Positions 55,144-64,000 of a stretch of DNA of 64,000 nt are shown one piece after another. Below the pieces are notes generated by a model. That model saw nothing but the letters and a program-made list of their open reading frames with translations. It ran no database searches and was not told the DNA's origin. The translations under genes and the position numbers were made by a program. The stretch covers positions 1,158 to 65,157 of the IMG/VR virus record IMGVR_UViG_3300009604_004140. One strand, 5' to 3'. The DNA comes from a virus (Duplodnaviria > Caudoviricetes). Numbering within the stretch: position 1 is the first letter of the stretch; every line of letters begins with the position of its first letter.

Positions 55144-56106
55144 TTAAAAAACCCCTAGGCAGTACGGGTCGTATGCCGCTAAGGGTCCTACTAAATTGTC
55201 TACTTGATCATAGTCTTCTTCGCTTGGTTTTGTAGACAGAGCACTGATGTTTTCACGTAGCTGCCTTATAGTTCTGACTCCTAATATGACAGCAGAAACG
55301 GGCGTCTGTGATAGTGCCCAGTTTAATGACATAGAAAGAATTGACTGAGATCTAGAAACCGCGAACTGATGTATGAGTTTAATTTTTTTACGAATAAATG
55401 AATCCACATCGCCCCTAACGCTGTCGCTAAGTCGGGCTCGTGACTGGGAAGGGAGTTCTTCTTGTAAATATTTATCCGTTAAAACACCGCGAGCTAGGGA
55501 ACCATATGCCAACACTCCAATATTGTGATGTGTGCATAATGGAAATGTAGTTAGCAAATGTTTTCTTTTGAATAAATTTAATCCCATTTGTGCAGACACA
55601 AAAAAGTTTTTATTGATACCATTGTTTAATGCGGTCTTTAATTCATCTGTTGAAAAGTTGCATATTCCATAGTATCTAATTTTTCCCTGTTCTACTAAAA
55701 GATTTAAAGCCTCTAAGGTGTCTTCAATGGGTGTTTCTGGATCAAAACGATGTATTTGATAAAGATCAATAACGTCCGTTTGTAAGGCCTTTAGGCTGCG
55801 TTCTGCTTTTTCTGCAATCAACCGTGGTGTAGCACTAAGCTCACAAGGCTGTCCCTTTCTCGTTCCCAGCTTGGTGGCTACTACCCAATTTGACCTGCTG
55901 GATTCATATTTAAGAAACCTACCTATTATATCTTCTGACATGCCGTTTCCGTAGACATCTGCCGTATCTATAAAGTTTATATCTAAAGATTCGGCGTGAT
56001 GCAGTATTGTATAAGCCTCTTTAGCTTCGACGTATGAGCCAAAAAGATTGCCCCCAATGCCTATGGGTGAAATTAACAGCTCTGATTTTCCTAGAAAGGT
56101 TTTCAC
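55144..56106 (-). CDS. Aldo/keto reductase
   Basis: FIDTADVYG, VATK, IDLYQIH, GKIRYYG. Likely GTG start at 56106. Confidence 0.88.
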   Translation of the reverse strand: MKTFLGKSELLISPIGIGGNLFGSYVEAKEAYTILHHAESLDINFIDTADVYGNGMSEDIIGRFLKYESSRSNWVVATKLGTRKGQPCELSATPRLIAEKAERSLKALQTDVIDLYQIHRFDPETPIEDTLEALNLLVEQGKIRYYGICNFSTDELKTALNNGINKNFFVSAQMGLNLFKRKHLLTTFPLCTHHNIGVLAYGSLARGVLTDKYLQEELPSQSRARLSDSVRGDVDSFIRKKIKLIHQFAVSRSQSILSMSLNWALSQTPVSAVILGVRTIRQLRENISALSTKPSEEDYDQVDNLVGPLAAYDPYCLGVF

Positions 56107-56107
56107 T

Positions 56108-56923
56108 TCAGGCTCCCCTTGGCCCATTGTAAAGCAGATGGAATGGGTCCTGAATATAACCGCCACCATCAACCCCAATGACTTGACCTGTAATAAATGA
56201 GGAAAGGTCTGATGCTAAAAACAGAACAGCGTTTGCCACATCCAATGAAGAACCAATCCGATCCAATGAAACTGAGTGTATGGCAGTGTCTTTCCAAGTT
56301 TTATTTGACAGTTTGTTAAATCGCCCCTCATGTTCCTTCTGAACAATAAAGCCGGGAGCTATGGCGTTGACTCTAATGCCGAACTTCCCTGCGCTTACAG
56401 CTAGAATTCTAGTTAGCTGCTCCAGAGCCGCTTTAGAGAGTTGGTAGGAAGGAGATTCAGAGGAGACAAAGGAACCGGAGACAGAAGACATGTTTATAAT
56501 ATTGCCTCTTGTACCGCTGGACTTCATTAGATCAATTGAAAGCCTTGACAAAAAGAAGGCCCCTTTGAGGTTGACATCAAATGTAAGATTCCAATTATCG
56601 CTCCCCTCGCTTTCAACCGAAGCGCGACTACCTCCGCGAGCATTGTTTACTAGGGTATGTATGGTGCCATATTTTTCGCGCACATAATCAATCAGGTTTT
56701 GACAGCTCTCCTCGCTGGTGAGATCTAGGTACTGATGGTCTGCTTGAAGGGTTTTATTGCAGGACAGGCTATGCTCTTTTAGTTTAAGCAAAGACTCTTG
56801 ATCCTTGTCTGCAATTATAACATTGGCATCCCTTGATCCAAAAAGATCTGCCACTTGTTGTCCAATGCCACGAACGCCCCCTGTGACCAATATGGTTTTA
56901 TTTCCAAAGTATAGATCTTTCAT
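56108..56923 (-). CDS. Short-chain dehydrogenase/reductase
   Basis: TGGVRGIG, NNA, YQLSK, RVNAIAPG, TGQVIGVDGG. Confidence 0.88.
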   Translation of the reverse strand: MKDLYFGNKTILVTGGVRGIGQQVADLFGSRDANVIIADKDQESLLKLKEHSLSCNKTLQADHQYLDLTSEESCQNLIDYVREKYGTIHTLVNNARGGSRASVESEGSDNWNLTFDVNLKGAFFLSRLSIDLMKSSGTRGNIINMSSVSGSFVSSESPSYQLSKAALEQLTRILAVSAGKFGIRVNAIAPGFIVQKEHEGRFNKLSNKTWKDTAIHSVSLDRIGSSLDVANAVLFLASDLSSFITGQVIGVDGGGYIQDPFHLLYNGPRGA

Positions 56924-57831
56924 TTATAGACTCTATCTAAAAACAGAGAGAGAAGCTCTGGGGTCTCGTGTTTACGAACGATGTGTTGGTTTTGTTTCGC
57001 AAAATCGTAATGGTCTGCATCCCCTATTTCTTTTTGCATGACCTCCGCATGGTGAAGGGGGTGCTTGAAAATAATATAAGGAACTTGGCTCAGGATGGCG
57101 ACGTTGGCCGGGCCGCTGACCATTCCCATAAAAGCTGAAGACTGTTGAATGCATGTAAGCTGGTCAACAATAGATAGTCCTTCATCGTGAAGAGATATAA
57201 CATTTGGCAGAGACTTGATATCTTCGGGGACTGTGTCCGATCCTATTAGCAGAAATTGTATGTCGAGCGGGGCTTTTAGGCTAATAAATTCTTTCCACGT
57301 AGAAAAATTTGCATTGCTTTCAGTGTCTCCTTGGGAGGCATTCTTTAAGTGCACGCAAACGGTAAACTTATTTCCAAAAGATGGCTTATTCTGTTTTAAG
57401 TCTAGATGTGGAGCCTCTCCATATTCTTTATGCAGCAGGCTCGTTATTCGTGTTGTGTTGTAGGGGCTTCCTGTTATGTTGGCAGCTTTGCATATTTCTA
57501 GATTAGGAAATAAGATTTGCTGTTGATGTTTTGAAAAGAAGTCTTCTGAAGACTCATAGGTACATATGCAATCCAACTCTAGTGCGTCAAATAGTATTCC
57601 CAGCCAGTGCCCTTCTAGATCTTGTCTTAATAAGAGATCTTTTTTTAGTTCTTTGATTCCGGTCAAGTTTGATATTTCAGCATTGCTCCCAATCAAAGCT
57701 AGTTGGCCCACGCAAAGACCGCTGAGCTTCGCGTAACATTGTAGGTTGCTTATAAAAATACACAGGGAGCCAAGACGAACGGGTTCCTTTTCTATTTCCC
57801 AAAATGCAGAAATGGTCGCTTTAAATCCCAT
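56920..57831 (-). CDS. Hypothetical protein, possible GT9-like C-terminus
   Basis: VCVHLK..., FMGMVSGPANVA. Likely start MGFKAT at 57831. Confidence 0.5.
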   Translation of the reverse strand: MGFKATISAFWEIEKEPVRLGSLCIFISNLQCYAKLSGLCVGQLALIGSNAEISNLTGIKELKKDLLLRQDLEGHWLGILFDALELDCICTYESSEDFFSKHQQQILFPNLEICKAANITGSPYNTTRITSLLHKEYGEAPHLDLKQNKPSFGNKFTVCVHLKNASQGDTESNANFSTWKEFISLKAPLDIQFLLIGSDTVPEDIKSLPNVISLHDEGLSIVDQLTCIQQSSAFMGMVSGPANVAILSQVPYIIFKHPLHHAEVMQKEIGDADHYDFAKQNQHIVRKHETPELLSLFLDRVYK

Positions 57832-58747
57832 GTAACTCAACGACCCTTTCTGTAAGATTTTCTGGGGTAAGACCGAGCCGATTGCAGTGATCAGTGTAGC
57901 TTCCATAGCTGTGGATAAAGGCATCTCCCAAGTTAATAGATGAATATCTTACATTGCCCAAGTCATTGCAGCAACGAATAACATCATCATAAACACCTCC
58001 ATACATACTATGTTCTTCTATAACAATACATCTTTTAGTTTTAGATACGCTCTTCCTTATAGTGTCAACGTCAAGAGGTTTTATTGTATGGTAGTATATT
58101 ATTTCGGGGTCAATTCCCCTTTCCTCCAGCATATCTATAGAATGCATGGCTGTTTTTAAATGTGGCCCCAGAGCTATTACGGTGATATCTTTTCCCTCTT
58201 TTGCAACGATACCTTTGCCAAATTTAATTTGATCATCAGAAAAATCAAATTCATGCTTAGCTTCTGGAATTCTAAAGTAAGTTGGGTTGCCGTTGTCGTA
58301 TGTCTCCTTAAATAAAAGATTGAACTCTTTGCAACTGGCGGGATAAATTATCTCCATATTTTCTATTGTTTTGAGTATTGCGAAATCTCCGTAACAGTGG
58401 TGGGTGCATCCCAAGGCACCATAGTCAAACGCACTACCAACGGCGACTAGATTGACGCCAAGCTTCTGATAGCCAAAGTCCAGCTTTATTTGTTCTAGAG
58501 ATCTCTCCACAAGGAATGGGGCAATTGTGTGCACAACAGGAATTAACCCAACCTTTGAAAGTCCTGCTGCCATGTTTACAGTAGAGGGCTCGCATATGCC
58601 TATGTTGTAATATCTACTGGGGCATCCTTCTGCGAAGGGCTGTAGCGCAAAATGGCTAATGTCTCCAATCAAAACAACCAAGCGTTGATCCCTGCGTCCC
58701 ACTTCGAGCATTGTGTCAGCAAATTCTTGTCTTAGTTTTTTACTCAT
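57821..58747 (-). CDS. Transketolase C-terminal subunit
   Basis: NIGICE, EQIKLD, GCTHH, EEHSMYGG. Confidence 0.88.
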   Translation of the reverse strand: MSKKLRQEFADTMLEVGRRDQRLVVLIGDISHFALQPFAEGCPSRYYNIGICEPSTVNMAAGLSKVGLIPVVHTIAPFLVERSLEQIKLDFGYQKLGVNLVAVGSAFDYGALGCTHHCYGDFAILKTIENMEIIYPASCKEFNLLFKETYDNGNPTYFRIPEAKHEFDFSDDQIKFGKGIVAKEGKDITVIALGPHLKTAMHSIDMLEERGIDPEIIYYHTIKPLDVDTIRKSVSKTKRCIVIEEHSMYGGVYDDVIRCCNDLGNVRYSSINLGDAFIHSYGSYTDHCNRLGLTPENLTERVVELHGI

Positions 58748-59528
58748 CTTGCGAAAGTTCCCCTTCGATATCTTTCATCTCTTCGTCGGTAGGAACTCTG
58801 TGGTGCCAAGGGCCATGGCCTTCTGTAAAGCTGACCCCCTTTCCCTTGACGGTGTGTGCGATTATTACTTTTGGTTTGGAGTCAAGGTTAAACTCCATGC
58901 TTTCTATCGTGTCTAATATTTCTTTTTCATCATGGCCATCTATTTCGTAGGCTTCCCATCCGAAAGACTCCCAGATAGACTTCATGTTTGGGAAGTTAAG
59001 TATTTGGTCAATTGACTTATTTTTATCAACTATCAGGCAAAGGTTTCCTAGTTTTAAATTTTGAGCAATCAAAGCAGTTTCCCAAACGGTTCCTTCGTTG
59101 CTTTCCCCGTCCCCGATCAAAGAGAAAACCTTATTACTCTTTCTTTTTATTTTGAGTCCCAAGGCAATTCCCATGGCGGTTACAAGACCGTGGCCCAAAG
59201 ACCCGGTTGAAGCTTCTGCGCCGGGAACCTTGGTGCAGTCTGGGTGCCCTCCTAGAATACCACCTTCTTTACCTTTATTCTTTAGGTCTTCCTCAGAGAT
59301 AAAACCATATTTTTCCAGAACTACATACAGGGCTGCTGCGCCATGCCCTTTACTCAGGATAAAATAATCCCTGTCTTCCCAGTCTGGGTTTGACGAATCA
59401 AACCTTAAGACCTTATCATATAGCGTGGCGATTATATCAACAATAGAATATGCGCTAGGGATATGGCCTTCGCCAGCATTTTTAATAATCTTGGCAATTT
59501 TTATTCTAAGCTTGTTGTTTTTTTTCAT
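58740..59528 (-). CDS. Transketolase N-terminal subunit
   Basis: GHIPSAYS, LSKGHG, TGSLGHG, GDGESNEG, TVKGKG, WHHR. Confidence 0.9.
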   Translation of the reverse strand: MKKNNKLRIKIAKIIKNAGEGHIPSAYSIVDIIATLYDKVLRFDSSNPDWEDRDYFILSKGHGAAALYVVLEKYGFISEEDLKNKGKEGGILGGHPDCTKVPGAEASTGSLGHGLVTAMGIALGLKIKRKSNKVFSLIGDGESNEGTVWETALIAQNLKLGNLCLIVDKNKSIDQILNFPNMKSIWESFGWEAYEIDGHDEKEILDTIESMEFNLDSKPKVIIAHTVKGKGVSFTEGHGPWHHRVPTDEEMKDIEGELSQDE

Positions 59529-60298
59529 TGTTGAAAACATTTCCCCTGCCCACCATCAACGAGGAAAGAGGACCCAGTGCAAAATGATATCTGGTTTGAG
59601 CACAAGAAAGTAGCCACCGTGCCAATTTCATCTAGGGTTCCGAACCTTTTAATGGCCATTCTTTCGTCTAAATATTTTTTAACGTGTTCGGGGCTACTTT
59701 TCGATGTGTAATCCCAATAGCCGCCCTCTGTGAATACGGCTCCCGGCAAAAGAGAAGTCATCACGACCCCATCTGGAGCTAATACCCTTCCCATGCTTCT
59801 ACTGTAAGCTGTTAAGGCTGCCTTCGCAGAGCAATAGGTGACTGGTCCTTGGTTCTCTAGAGATGAGATTGAGGAGATATTGACAATCCTTCCCCATTCC
59901 TGATCTCTCATGTGTGGTATTAATAAGTTGTTTAACTCTATGGCGACCTCAATATTAAACCTCCACACCCTCCTCCATTCTTCAAGTGAACAGAAGGGGT
60001 CTTTTATGTCCAAGGTGCCCCCTAGATTATTGATGACAATATCTGGATTGCCAAAGTGTTTTTGTAACTCTTTAGTAGCTTCTTCTGGCTTCCCGTCAAT
60101 CGTTAGATCACACGCTAAAGCGAAATGGCCCTCGTTTTCTCCGCCCAACTCCTCAAGAAGTGCCGTTAAGTCCTCTTGGGTTCTGGAAACTATGCAAACC
60201 TTGACCCCTTCTTTTGCTAAGTTCAGGGCAATAGATTTTCCTAGGCCCCTTCCGCCTCCGGTGACTACGGCTCGCTTTCCTCGTATCCCTAAATCCAC
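59525..60298 (-). CDS. Short-chain dehydrogenase/reductase
   Basis: TGGGRGLG, GRIVNISS, YCSAK, VDGG. Confidence 0.88.
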   Translation of the reverse strand: MDLGIRGKRAVVTGGGRGLGKSIALNLAKEGVKVCIVSRTQEDLTALLEELGGENEGHFALACDLTIDGKPEEATKELQKHFGNPDIVINNLGGTLDIKDPFCSLEEWRRVWRFNIEVAIELNNLLIPHMRDQEWGRIVNISSISSLENQGPVTYCSAKAALTAYSRSMGRVLAPDGVVMTSLLPGAVFTEGGYWDYTSKSSPEHVKKYLDERMAIKRFGTLDEIGTVATFLCSNQISFCTGSSFLVDGGQGKCFQQ

Positions 60299-60307
60299 TT
60301 AAATCTC

Positions 60308-61504
60308 CTACATACTATTCATTACGGTAATGATACGTTTTGGCCGAAGGGGAATAACTTTTGATAATATCTGACGGGTATTGTCAGTGGCTGTAATGAA
60401 AAGTGTGGTATCTGTCACGCTACCTAGGCGACTTGAATGCTTGATGGGAACCGGTAAATTGATATAAAAAAGACCCTCTTTCTCTTGGTCGTCGTCGAGG
60501 ATGTATAGGAGATCTGAAAAATCTTCATTGAGGTGGTAGGCCAATACAGGCAACGTCAATGAAGCACCATATCCGATAATCTTTTCTTTTCCGAGCGAAC
60601 GTAAAAATAAACCGAGACTTTCCATCCTTTGTTGGAATATGAAGTGCTTTCTCATTACTCGTTCTTGGTCTGGTTTTAAAATATCCAGCGCGCCAGCTTC
60701 GCTTCCCTTTTTGAAGGCAAAAAGGAGAGACCCCCAGTGTGGGTTGGTGTCAGAAGCTATTATGCAGCCGCCCAAATCTTCTATAAGACAATTAAAGGAG
60801 TGAGATGAAAAATAATTGAGGTGCTGATGAAAAATCTGATCAAATCTGCAATTTTCTACTAGCCCATCAAGGCCCGGAAACTGAAAAAAGAAAAGGGTGC
60901 TTGGGGTTGCGTGTTGGAATAGTTTTGAGAGCATTTCTTTTGGCTTCTCTACATGCTCAAGCGTGTGGCTGCAAATTACCAAGCAGTCGTTTAAATCGAT
61001 TTCATTTAAATCAACATTTTCAATGAGGTCGCTAATAACGGTAAGCTTTTCTTCTTGGAGCGCCTCTTCCTCTCCTTCCAGAATTGGATCGACCCCTATT
61101 ATATGGTCTGCCCTTTCTTTCAGGGAGTTCAATAAATAAAGATCCCCACATCCAATCTCAATTATTGTCTTAAAGTGTTTGTTTCCTGTCGTTGAAGTTA
61201 TAAAGTCAAGGAAAGCATCGTTTACTTTACTTCCTGTTTCGCTCGTAGAAGTTCTGTAGTGATAAGATTTTCCGTACAGTGTGCTGGGGGGAACTACATT
61301 TGAAATTTGACCATGACCACACCCTCGACAAAAATGAAAAAACTGATCTAGGAAACCAACTTTTTCTTGGGGCTTTTTGTCAGTATAAATTTCTGTTAAG
61401 GGAAAGTTTGGAAGGCTCAGAAGGGGGGCTTCCAGTGGTCTTGAGCAAACAACACAGCGGTCGCGTCGTTCAAAAGCAATATTATTAAAATTTTCAATCA
61501 ACAT
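60308..61504 (-). CDS. NDP-hexose C-methyltransferase-like
   Basis: CVVC...CRGC, EIGCGD, HTLEH, FHQHLNYFS, GYGAS. Confidence 0.8.
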   Translation of the reverse strand: MLIENFNNIAFERRDRCVVCSRPLEAPLLSLPNFPLTEIYTDKKPQEKVGFLDQFFHFCRGCGHGQISNVVPPSTLYGKSYHYRTSTSETGSKVNDAFLDFITSTTGNKHFKTIIEIGCGDLYLLNSLKERADHIIGVDPILEGEEEALQEEKLTVISDLIENVDLNEIDLNDCLVICSHTLEHVEKPKEMLSKLFQHATPSTLFFFQFPGLDGLVENCRFDQIFHQHLNYFSSHSFNCLIEDLGGCIIASDTNPHWGSLLFAFKKGSEAGALDILKPDQERVMRKHFIFQQRMESLGLFLRSLGKEKIIGYGASLTLPVLAYHLNEDFSDLLYILDDDQEKEGLFYINLPVPIKHSSRLGSVTDTTLFITATDNTRQILSKVIPLRPKRIITVMNSM

Positions 61505-62489
61505 TTTTTAACAATTCTTTCATGACTGCAATGTTCTTGTAATACTTTGTGTGAGGCAGCTTTCCGTGCCCAAACGCCTCGATCATCTCTTTAATCGCAT
61601 CGCTACTATCAAATTTATAAGTAAAGCCTAATTCTTCTTCAAGCTTGTCGGAGCATGTTCTGTAAGATCGGTGGTCTGGATTGTCAATTGTTGTTATTTC
61701 TGTTTCTGGAAGGAATTTCTTAACTAAATAAGCAAACGATTTAACAGTTCCATTTTCATAGCCACAATTATATACGTTTCCAAAGGAATTTCTGTTGGCT
61801 AATACATGTTGGTATATTCTTACCATATCTTTAATGTGAAGTGTCGGGCGGTATTGGTCTCCTCCGAAGATGGTTATTAGCCCGTTGTTAAATGCTTGAT
61901 CTACAAACATGTTAAGGGTTAGGTCGAGCCTTTGTCTAGGAGAGTATCCACATATGGTAGAAGGTCGAAGGATTGTGGCTGCAAAGCCCATCTCCTTGCT
62001 AAGGTATGAAAGGTAGTGTTCTATCTCGATCTTGAGCTTGGAGTATTGCGTTAGTGGTTCCGGAATTAAGTCCTCAGTAACCTTTTCCTCTTCCTTTATT
62101 CCGTAGACACTGTTGCTGGAGGCATGAACAAAGTGTTTTACCTTTGTTGTTAATGCGCTGTTGATGACATTCATAACTCCATCGTAGCTGACCTCATGGG
62201 TAAAGTCGTAGTACAGGTCAGAGCACGGATCGTTAGAAATGCAGGCAAGGTTAATTACATAGTCTATATCCATCATAGCTTTGGATACTTCGGAGGAGTC
62301 TCTTATGTCTCCTTTAATTATCTCTAAATTTTCATTATCTCTAAGGCCAGTTTCTTCAAGAAAGGTATCTACGGATTCCCAAAACCAGAAGGTGTCAAAA
62401 ACCTTAACTTTGTAACCGTCGCTAAGGAGAGTCGGGACTAGTAGGCTTCCCACGTAGCCCGCTCCTCCTGTAACTAATACTTTATTCAT
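61494..62489 (-). CDS. NAD-dependent NDP-sugar epimerase/dehydratase
   Basis: TGGAGYVG, LACISNDP, YSKLK, RQRLDL. Confidence 0.88.
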   Translation of the reverse strand: MNKVLVTGGAGYVGSLLVPTLLSDGYKVKVFDTFWFWESVDTFLEETGLRDNENLEIIKGDIRDSSEVSKAMMDIDYVINLACISNDPCSDLYYDFTHEVSYDGVMNVINSALTTKVKHFVHASSNSVYGIKEEEKVTEDLIPEPLTQYSKLKIEIEHYLSYLSKEMGFAATILRPSTICGYSPRQRLDLTLNMFVDQAFNNGLITIFGGDQYRPTLHIKDMVRIYQHVLANRNSFGNVYNCGYENGTVKSFAYLVKKFLPETEITTIDNPDHRSYRTCSDKLEEELGFTYKFDSSDAIKEMIEAFGHGKLPHTKYYKNIAVMKELLKNVD

Positions 62490-62496
62490 ATTGATC

Positions 62497-63996
62497 CTAT
62501 TTTAAAAGGGCCGCAACTGTTTGCTTAAAATCAAGCTTACTATACTCATGTTTGTGTCCTATTACACTTGCTTCCATATATCCGGCTATGTTACCCAACA
62601 AGGCCGCAATTTCTAACGGAGTATTTTGCATAACAAGAGCTGAAAAGATCCCAAAAAAGGCATCTCCGGCCCCTACGGTGTCCTTCACGTTCCCAGAAAG
62701 CGCAGGGATTTCTAAAACATTTTCTTTGTCTACTACGATGCAACCATGCGAACCTCGGGTAACAACCAAAACTTCGGAACCAATCTTTTCTCTTAACTTT
62801 ATTGACAAATCGGTAGAGCCCGTATGCTTGTCTCTCATTTCAAGGCGTAGCTCGGCATCGTCCACTATAGAGACTGAAGGTTGAGAGTATTTGCTTATGA
62901 AGTTGTACCCTTTATTGCCACTGTTGGATTGGACATTGACAGAAAAAAAATGCTCTGTCCCACTCAGAAGGCCATGCCCATAGTCTATTGCTATCGGTGA
63001 CACGTATGATCCTAGTTTATAAAGAAATATTTCTCTTTCTTTTTCGGAAAGGGGGGTGTCATTTATGTCATATATTTCGAACAGCCTGCTTTCCCAATAG
63101 GAGTCTATGAAGCGCGTTTTCTTTATGGTGGGGGAGTTTTCTTTACGGACGTAATCCAGCTTGACATTATTGGCAAGGCTACTGGTGATGAAATCCAGAG
63201 ATTCAGAAAACGAATTATTTCCTATGTAAGTTAAAAGATTTACCTCCCTCACCAAAGCGGCAAGTTGGTTAGCTACGGCACCAACGCCCCCCAAGAAGGC
63301 CTGATGCTCTGCTCTCTCGAATACTATTGATGGATACTTAGAGGATTTGCCAAGACAATTGCCGTACACATATTCGTCTATAATAACTTCTCCCACCAGA
63401 TTGACAGTCTGGGAGCTTAGTTTGTCGATGTAGTGCAGAATCTCTTCGGCGGTATATTTTTGTTTGATCTGCTTTGCGAATTCTAAAAATTTTTCTCCCA
63501 GTAGCGACTCGTTGAGTAAGTTTGAGGAGGAAAATACATTTTCATTAGCTATGAACAGGACTTCTCCTCCTCCCTCCTCCACGCACGTTCTTTCCAAGTC
63601 AATTTTCTTGGTAATATCTTCCTTCTCTTTATACTCTATTCCCTTAATGTAATAGTTTGGTTTCAGGCATCTTATCACATATTCTGAGGAGGGGTCATTG
63701 CTTATTGTAACAAAATCTACAAACTCAAGGGAAGCCACAACATTTAATCGATGTTCTATATTAAAGAACGGTCGGTCGGGGCCCTTGTTGACGTATCCGT
63801 CGTGAGTCAGACTTACAACAAGCACATCACAAAGCTCTTTCGCTTTTTTTAAATGCTCGATGTGTCCTACGTGCAGAATATCGAAGACGCCGTGAGAGAG
63901 CCCGACGCTTTGGGAATCGTCTATGTTTTCTCTTAAGAATTCGGCTTCAACAAATTTATCGTTTGTGGATATAGTCGAGAGGGAGGCCTTTTTCAT
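62497..63996 (-). CDS. Bifunctional nucleotidyltransferase + PfkB kinase (HldE/RfaE-like, reversed domain order)
   Basis: HGVFDILHVGH, NKGPDRP at the N-terminus; GEVIIDEY, DYGHG, DTVGAGD at the C-terminus. Confidence 0.85.
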   Translation of the reverse strand: MKKASLSTISTNDKFVEAEFLRENIDDSQSVGLSHGVFDILHVGHIEHLKKAKELCDVLVVSLTHDGYVNKGPDRPFFNIEHRLNVVASLEFVDFVTISNDPSSEYVIRCLKPNYYIKGIEYKEKEDITKKIDLERTCVEEGGGEVLFIANENVFSSSNLLNESLLGEKFLEFAKQIKQKYTAEEILHYIDKLSSQTVNLVGEVIIDEYVYGNCLGKSSKYPSIVFERAEHQAFLGGVGAVANQLAALVREVNLLTYIGNNSFSESLDFITSSLANNVKLDYVRKENSPTIKKTRFIDSYWESRLFEIYDINDTPLSEKEREIFLYKLGSYVSPIAIDYGHGLLSGTEHFFSVNVQSNSGNKGYNFISKYSQPSVSIVDDAELRLEMRDKHTGSTDLSIKLREKIGSEVLVVTRGSHGCIVVDKENVLEIPALSGNVKDTVGAGDAFFGIFSALVMQNTPLEIAALLGNIAGYMEASVIGHKHEYSKLDFKQTVAALLK

Positions 63997-64000
63997 GGAC

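Noticed and set aside
51495-59528. Central-metabolism AMGs (pyruvate dehydrogenase, pentose-phosphate transketolase)
   Set aside because: These are short split forms embedded among NDP-sugar genes with no E2/E3; they are better explained as sugar-tailoring enzymes.
632-63652. Numerous short antisense or overlapping ORFs in the track (e.g. 9997..10578, 22513..23073, 35325..35786, 53028..53474)
   Set aside because: They are shadows of well-supported genes on the other strand and contain no recognisable motifs.
1-64000. Cellular (bacterial or archaeal) chromosome origin
   Set aside because: Divergent replication genes are packed with tiny overlapping ORFans, dNMP kinase, PhoH and homing-type nucleases, with no housekeeping operons; this fits a large phage. 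No capsid or terminase gene is in this window, so viral origin remains an inference.

Overview
This is a gene-dense 64-kb segment of a large (jumbo-type) dsDNA bacteriophage genome. The host is most likely a planctomycete, inferred from a Tat-signal DUF1501 gene, a Tat-signal metalloprotease and a short AE...AA tmRNA tag. The + strand (1-4690) ends a block of Cys-rich repeat, probably virion, proteins. Almost all remaining genes are on the - strand. They comprise a glycosyltransferase/nucleotidyltransferase block (7-14 kb), a sigma factor, and a replication/recombination core (intein-free split DnaE around a DEDDh exonuclease and an atypical QueF, Cas4/RecB-like nuclease, dNMP kinase, primase, DnaB, RecA, PhoH). 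These are followed by auxiliary metabolic genes (archaeal-type GAPDH, IscA/HesB, DUF1501, class II RNR, dUTPase), SSB, a tmRNA, and an ~18-kb NDP-sugar/heptose/branched-sugar cluster. Two signals stand out that the ORF track misses. (i) A small gene (30977-31255) has a strong RBS, an in-frame UGA and an immediately downstream fdhF-like SECIS hairpin, making it a candidate phage-encoded selenoprotein. (ii) A ~179-nt tRNA-like RNA with an expanded cloverleaf (40977-41155) lies downstream of ssb. All assignments come from reading motifs by eye; no database searches were run.
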